Origin: Octopus sinensis
Lineage: Eukaryota
Assembly: GCF_006345805.1 (NCBI RefSeq)
Contig: NW_021831885.1
Location: 1 to 38,142 of the forward strand
Direction of reading: 5' to 3'
Length of the DNA stretch: 38,142 nucleotides
This document shows, in pieces, positions 35,560 to 38,142 of this stretch. Position 1 is the first letter of the stretch. The number at the start of each line of letters is the position of its first letter. Under the pieces are notes generated by a model. That model worked only from the letters and a program-made list of their open reading frames with translations. It was not told the origin of the DNA and did no database searches. A program made the translations under genes and the position numbers.

Positions 35560-36790
35560 TCAAACCCTCTAGCGAGACTTTTTCACCTCCTACTCATCGA
35601 TATATTCATTATTATCTTCAATGCCGCTTGAGTTCCTGTATTCCGCCATTTCCCATGCCTCACTCATGTAGGACATGTAAGTAGTGTAAGGGCCACCCGG
35701 CCATATGCGGCACTCCTCCATCCAAATCCTTTAAGCCTTTCCCACAAGGGAAACCTTATGACCTTCACAGCTATCTGCGGAGGCCATTCGGGATACCGTA
35801 TCTACTGTCTCTTTATGTTCTTCTATTTTTCCACCTCCCCGCCCTTGTAGGAAAAGATAATTAATTCATCTTTAAGGGTGGGGGTGGTTTCTTCCACCGT
35901 GGGTGGCACAACTTCGGGACATGCAGACAGCACATCATCTCCCCCCTGCGATGACCCGTTCTTCTTTCTTTTTTTCCTTTATTCCTGACTTCGGGCGAGT
36001 GGAGCTCTTCCGCTTTGTCCGGAGTCTCTCCCCCACCTCCCGAAGCCTTAGGGTCCTTCAGCAGGTAACTATTGTTGCTCACCTTCTTCCTTTTTAATCC
36101 TTTTTGGGTTGAGGAGGCCTCAACCACATCCATCTCTCCCTTTGACCGGGTAGCGGAGGTGGCATCCAGTGACTGTTCCAAGACCTTACCATGCCACATT
36201 AAAAAAAAACATTTCGAAAACCAGATATGTTGCGGCCGATGGGGTCCACAGGGTCAAAATCGCTTTTGACCCTTCCCAATCGACCGCCGGCAATACCCTT
36301 ACATTTAAGAGCCTGGGCCCGCTATCCCCCAGTCTCCGTCGGATGGTATCTTCAATCCAACCCGCCTCGGTGCCCGGGGGCAACCCACATACCCAGGCTC
36401 TTATTAATTTTCTCTCGCAGTACGACAGGAGGAACAGAATTTTGTTGCCCTCTAAAGGCTGACTCGCAAATGTGCGAGCCTTTTCCCGGTTGTCAAAACA
36501 GCAACCATATAGTTACATGTTTGACACCACAGGATATATATTTCACAGAGGACAAATAGTCTTTCAGTTCATTTTCTATAACTGGTTTTGGGAAGATGGT
36601 GATGGAATCAAGAACTTTAGAATAAGTTCTAACCACCACCGTCCTCTCCTCCATATCTTAGACGGGCTAATTTCCTACTCCAAGACAGAGTTCTTCTTTT
36701 TAAGTTCCTTCTCTGCCATGTCCAAAAAAACAGTTCAAAAGTTGTTCAAAGAACAGTCCGCCGAAAAATTAAAACCAAATAAAAATAGAA
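35560..36790 (-). pseudogene. Probable LINE ORF1 (L1/Tx1-like) remnant
   Basis: GC-richer block; ATG at 36719, frameshifted reading MAEKEL..EERTVVVRTYSKV..PVIENELKDYL..ARTFASQPLEGNKILFLLSYCERKLIRAWVCGLPPGTEAGWIEDTI, then a basic low-complexity tail. Family assignment is from recall only. Confidence 0.45.
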
Positions 36791-37251
36791 GTAAAACAAA
36801 ATAAAAGAGAAGAAAAGGAAACTGAAATTAAAATAATGAAAAGAATGAACCAAAATTTAGAAAGAAAGAAAAAATGGAAGAAGGGAAAAATAAAATAAAA
36901 ACCTCACAAATAGAACAGACAGGGAATCCTTTGTATAATACTCCAACAGGTAATCCAATAATCGGGGTTATTCTTGAAGTACTCCAGTTCGGTAAAATTC
37001 CACTTTTTCTAGCGAGATACGCCCACTAGAATTTACAAATTATTTGGCTACAAAAGGCCACACCAAAGAATTTTCAAACAAAATTTCTCAATTCACCGTT
37101 ATGGTGATTAGAACACAATATTTTTGCTCGCTATAGCGAGCCATAATTGACAATTTTCTTTATATTCTTTTTTCTATTCACGGAGCCAAAACTCACGTCT
37201 TCTCCCTGTAACACTCTTGACCAACTAGTGTTGCATTCTGAGTAACTGGAA

Positions 37252-37286
37252 GTAAGCAAGCTACTTACCACACAACGATTCCTGCG
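37252..37286 (-). mobile_element. SINE family A head fragment
   Basis: Reverse complement cgcaggaatcgttgtgtggtaagtagcttgcttac. Confidence 0.7.
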
Positions 37287-37320
37287 TTTCTGCCTGTCTG
37301 TCTCAGTCTGTCCCTCCCCA

Positions 37321-37379
<59 letters not shown>

Positions 37380-38017
37380 CATTAAAAGTGAGCTTTAATC
37401 TTGCTTACTTGCTTTCTTGCAATGTTACCCAACCAAACTGGCACATAATGAGAAAATACTATGAATTAAGTTTCCTTTGAAATGTGAATACGAACGGCAG
37501 AAAAAAAAGTTTGCATAAATCGGACCACAGGTTATTGAGATATTAGGGGTTTTCGTGGGGTATAAAACGGTGCATAATGGAAAAATTATTCGAAAATAGC
37601 CTAACCCTGAAAGGGAAGAAACCCTTACCTTTTGATTAGACACGGTGACTTGACAATGTAAAAATACGTTCTTTTTTTTTACAGTAAATGTTTCTATTTT
37701 CGATTTCGTTGCACACAATATTTTAATCATTTAAATATTTTAAAGTGAATGTGATTTCAAAAATGTAAGTTGTTTGTACAGTAAGTATTTATATTTAACT
37801 TTCTTTAGACAGAGAATATTTTAATGTTTTTTAAATTATTTATCAATTGAATACCATTACAATATTTTTATTTTTTTGCATATCTAAAAAGTGTTTCAAA
37901 ATGAAAATTACTTTAAAATACAGTAAATATTTCATAAAAGACCCGTTCGTGACCACGGCGTGAAATAATGTCTTTCATAGGGTTTTTCGAATGCATTCAA
38001 CGTATCTCACCTCCAAA

Positions 38018-38126
38018 GATTTGGCTGCTACTTCTTGCACATCCTGCTACCACGTGACAGCTATTTGCGATAAAGGACCCGAAATACCTGTTACGTGCAG
38101 GGCGTGCAAGGAATATCAGCCAAATC
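38018..38126. repeat. ~110-bp imperfect hairpin (MITE-like)
   Basis: gatttggctgctacttcttgcac (38018-40) versus gtgcaaggaatatcagccaaatc (38104-26); inner cacgtgacagctattt versus aaatacctgttacgtg. Confidence 0.7.
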
Positions 38127-38142
38127 TTTCCTTTCCTGGGGA

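Overview
AT-rich, microsatellite-dense eukaryotic DNA in which I can support no host protein-coding gene, rRNA or true tRNA. The repeat families and the (TA)n/(TACA)n/(GATA)n load resemble an octopus/cephalopod genome (inference from recall, not a search). The window is a mosaic of decayed mobile elements: at least 11 copies or fragments of a bipartite tRNA-headed SINE (family A), several copies of a second SINE (family B, Nin/Deu-like core), two further SINE families (C, D), CR1/L2-type LINE remnants, a HERO-like and an R4/Dong-like RLE retrotransposon, a nearly complete but dead Penelope-like element (RT + GIY-YIG), one TIR-bounded mariner, a Tc1/mariner fusion and a probable LINE ORF1 remnant. 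Most track ORFs are microsatellite read-through. The best leads are: (1) two unrelated short repeat families, each present as an inverted pair, that carry minimal type I hammerhead-ribozyme motifs with the loopless ACGU stem III of dimeric Penelope-type hammerheads; one of them sits behind a tRNA-like Pol III head (a candidate ribozyme-bearing SINE); (2) a 3' stem-loop and tail shared between the CR1/L2 LINE and SINE A, with compensatory stem changes; (3) several fold-back structures, including a 420-bp spacerless palindrome. All alignments and translations were done by eye.
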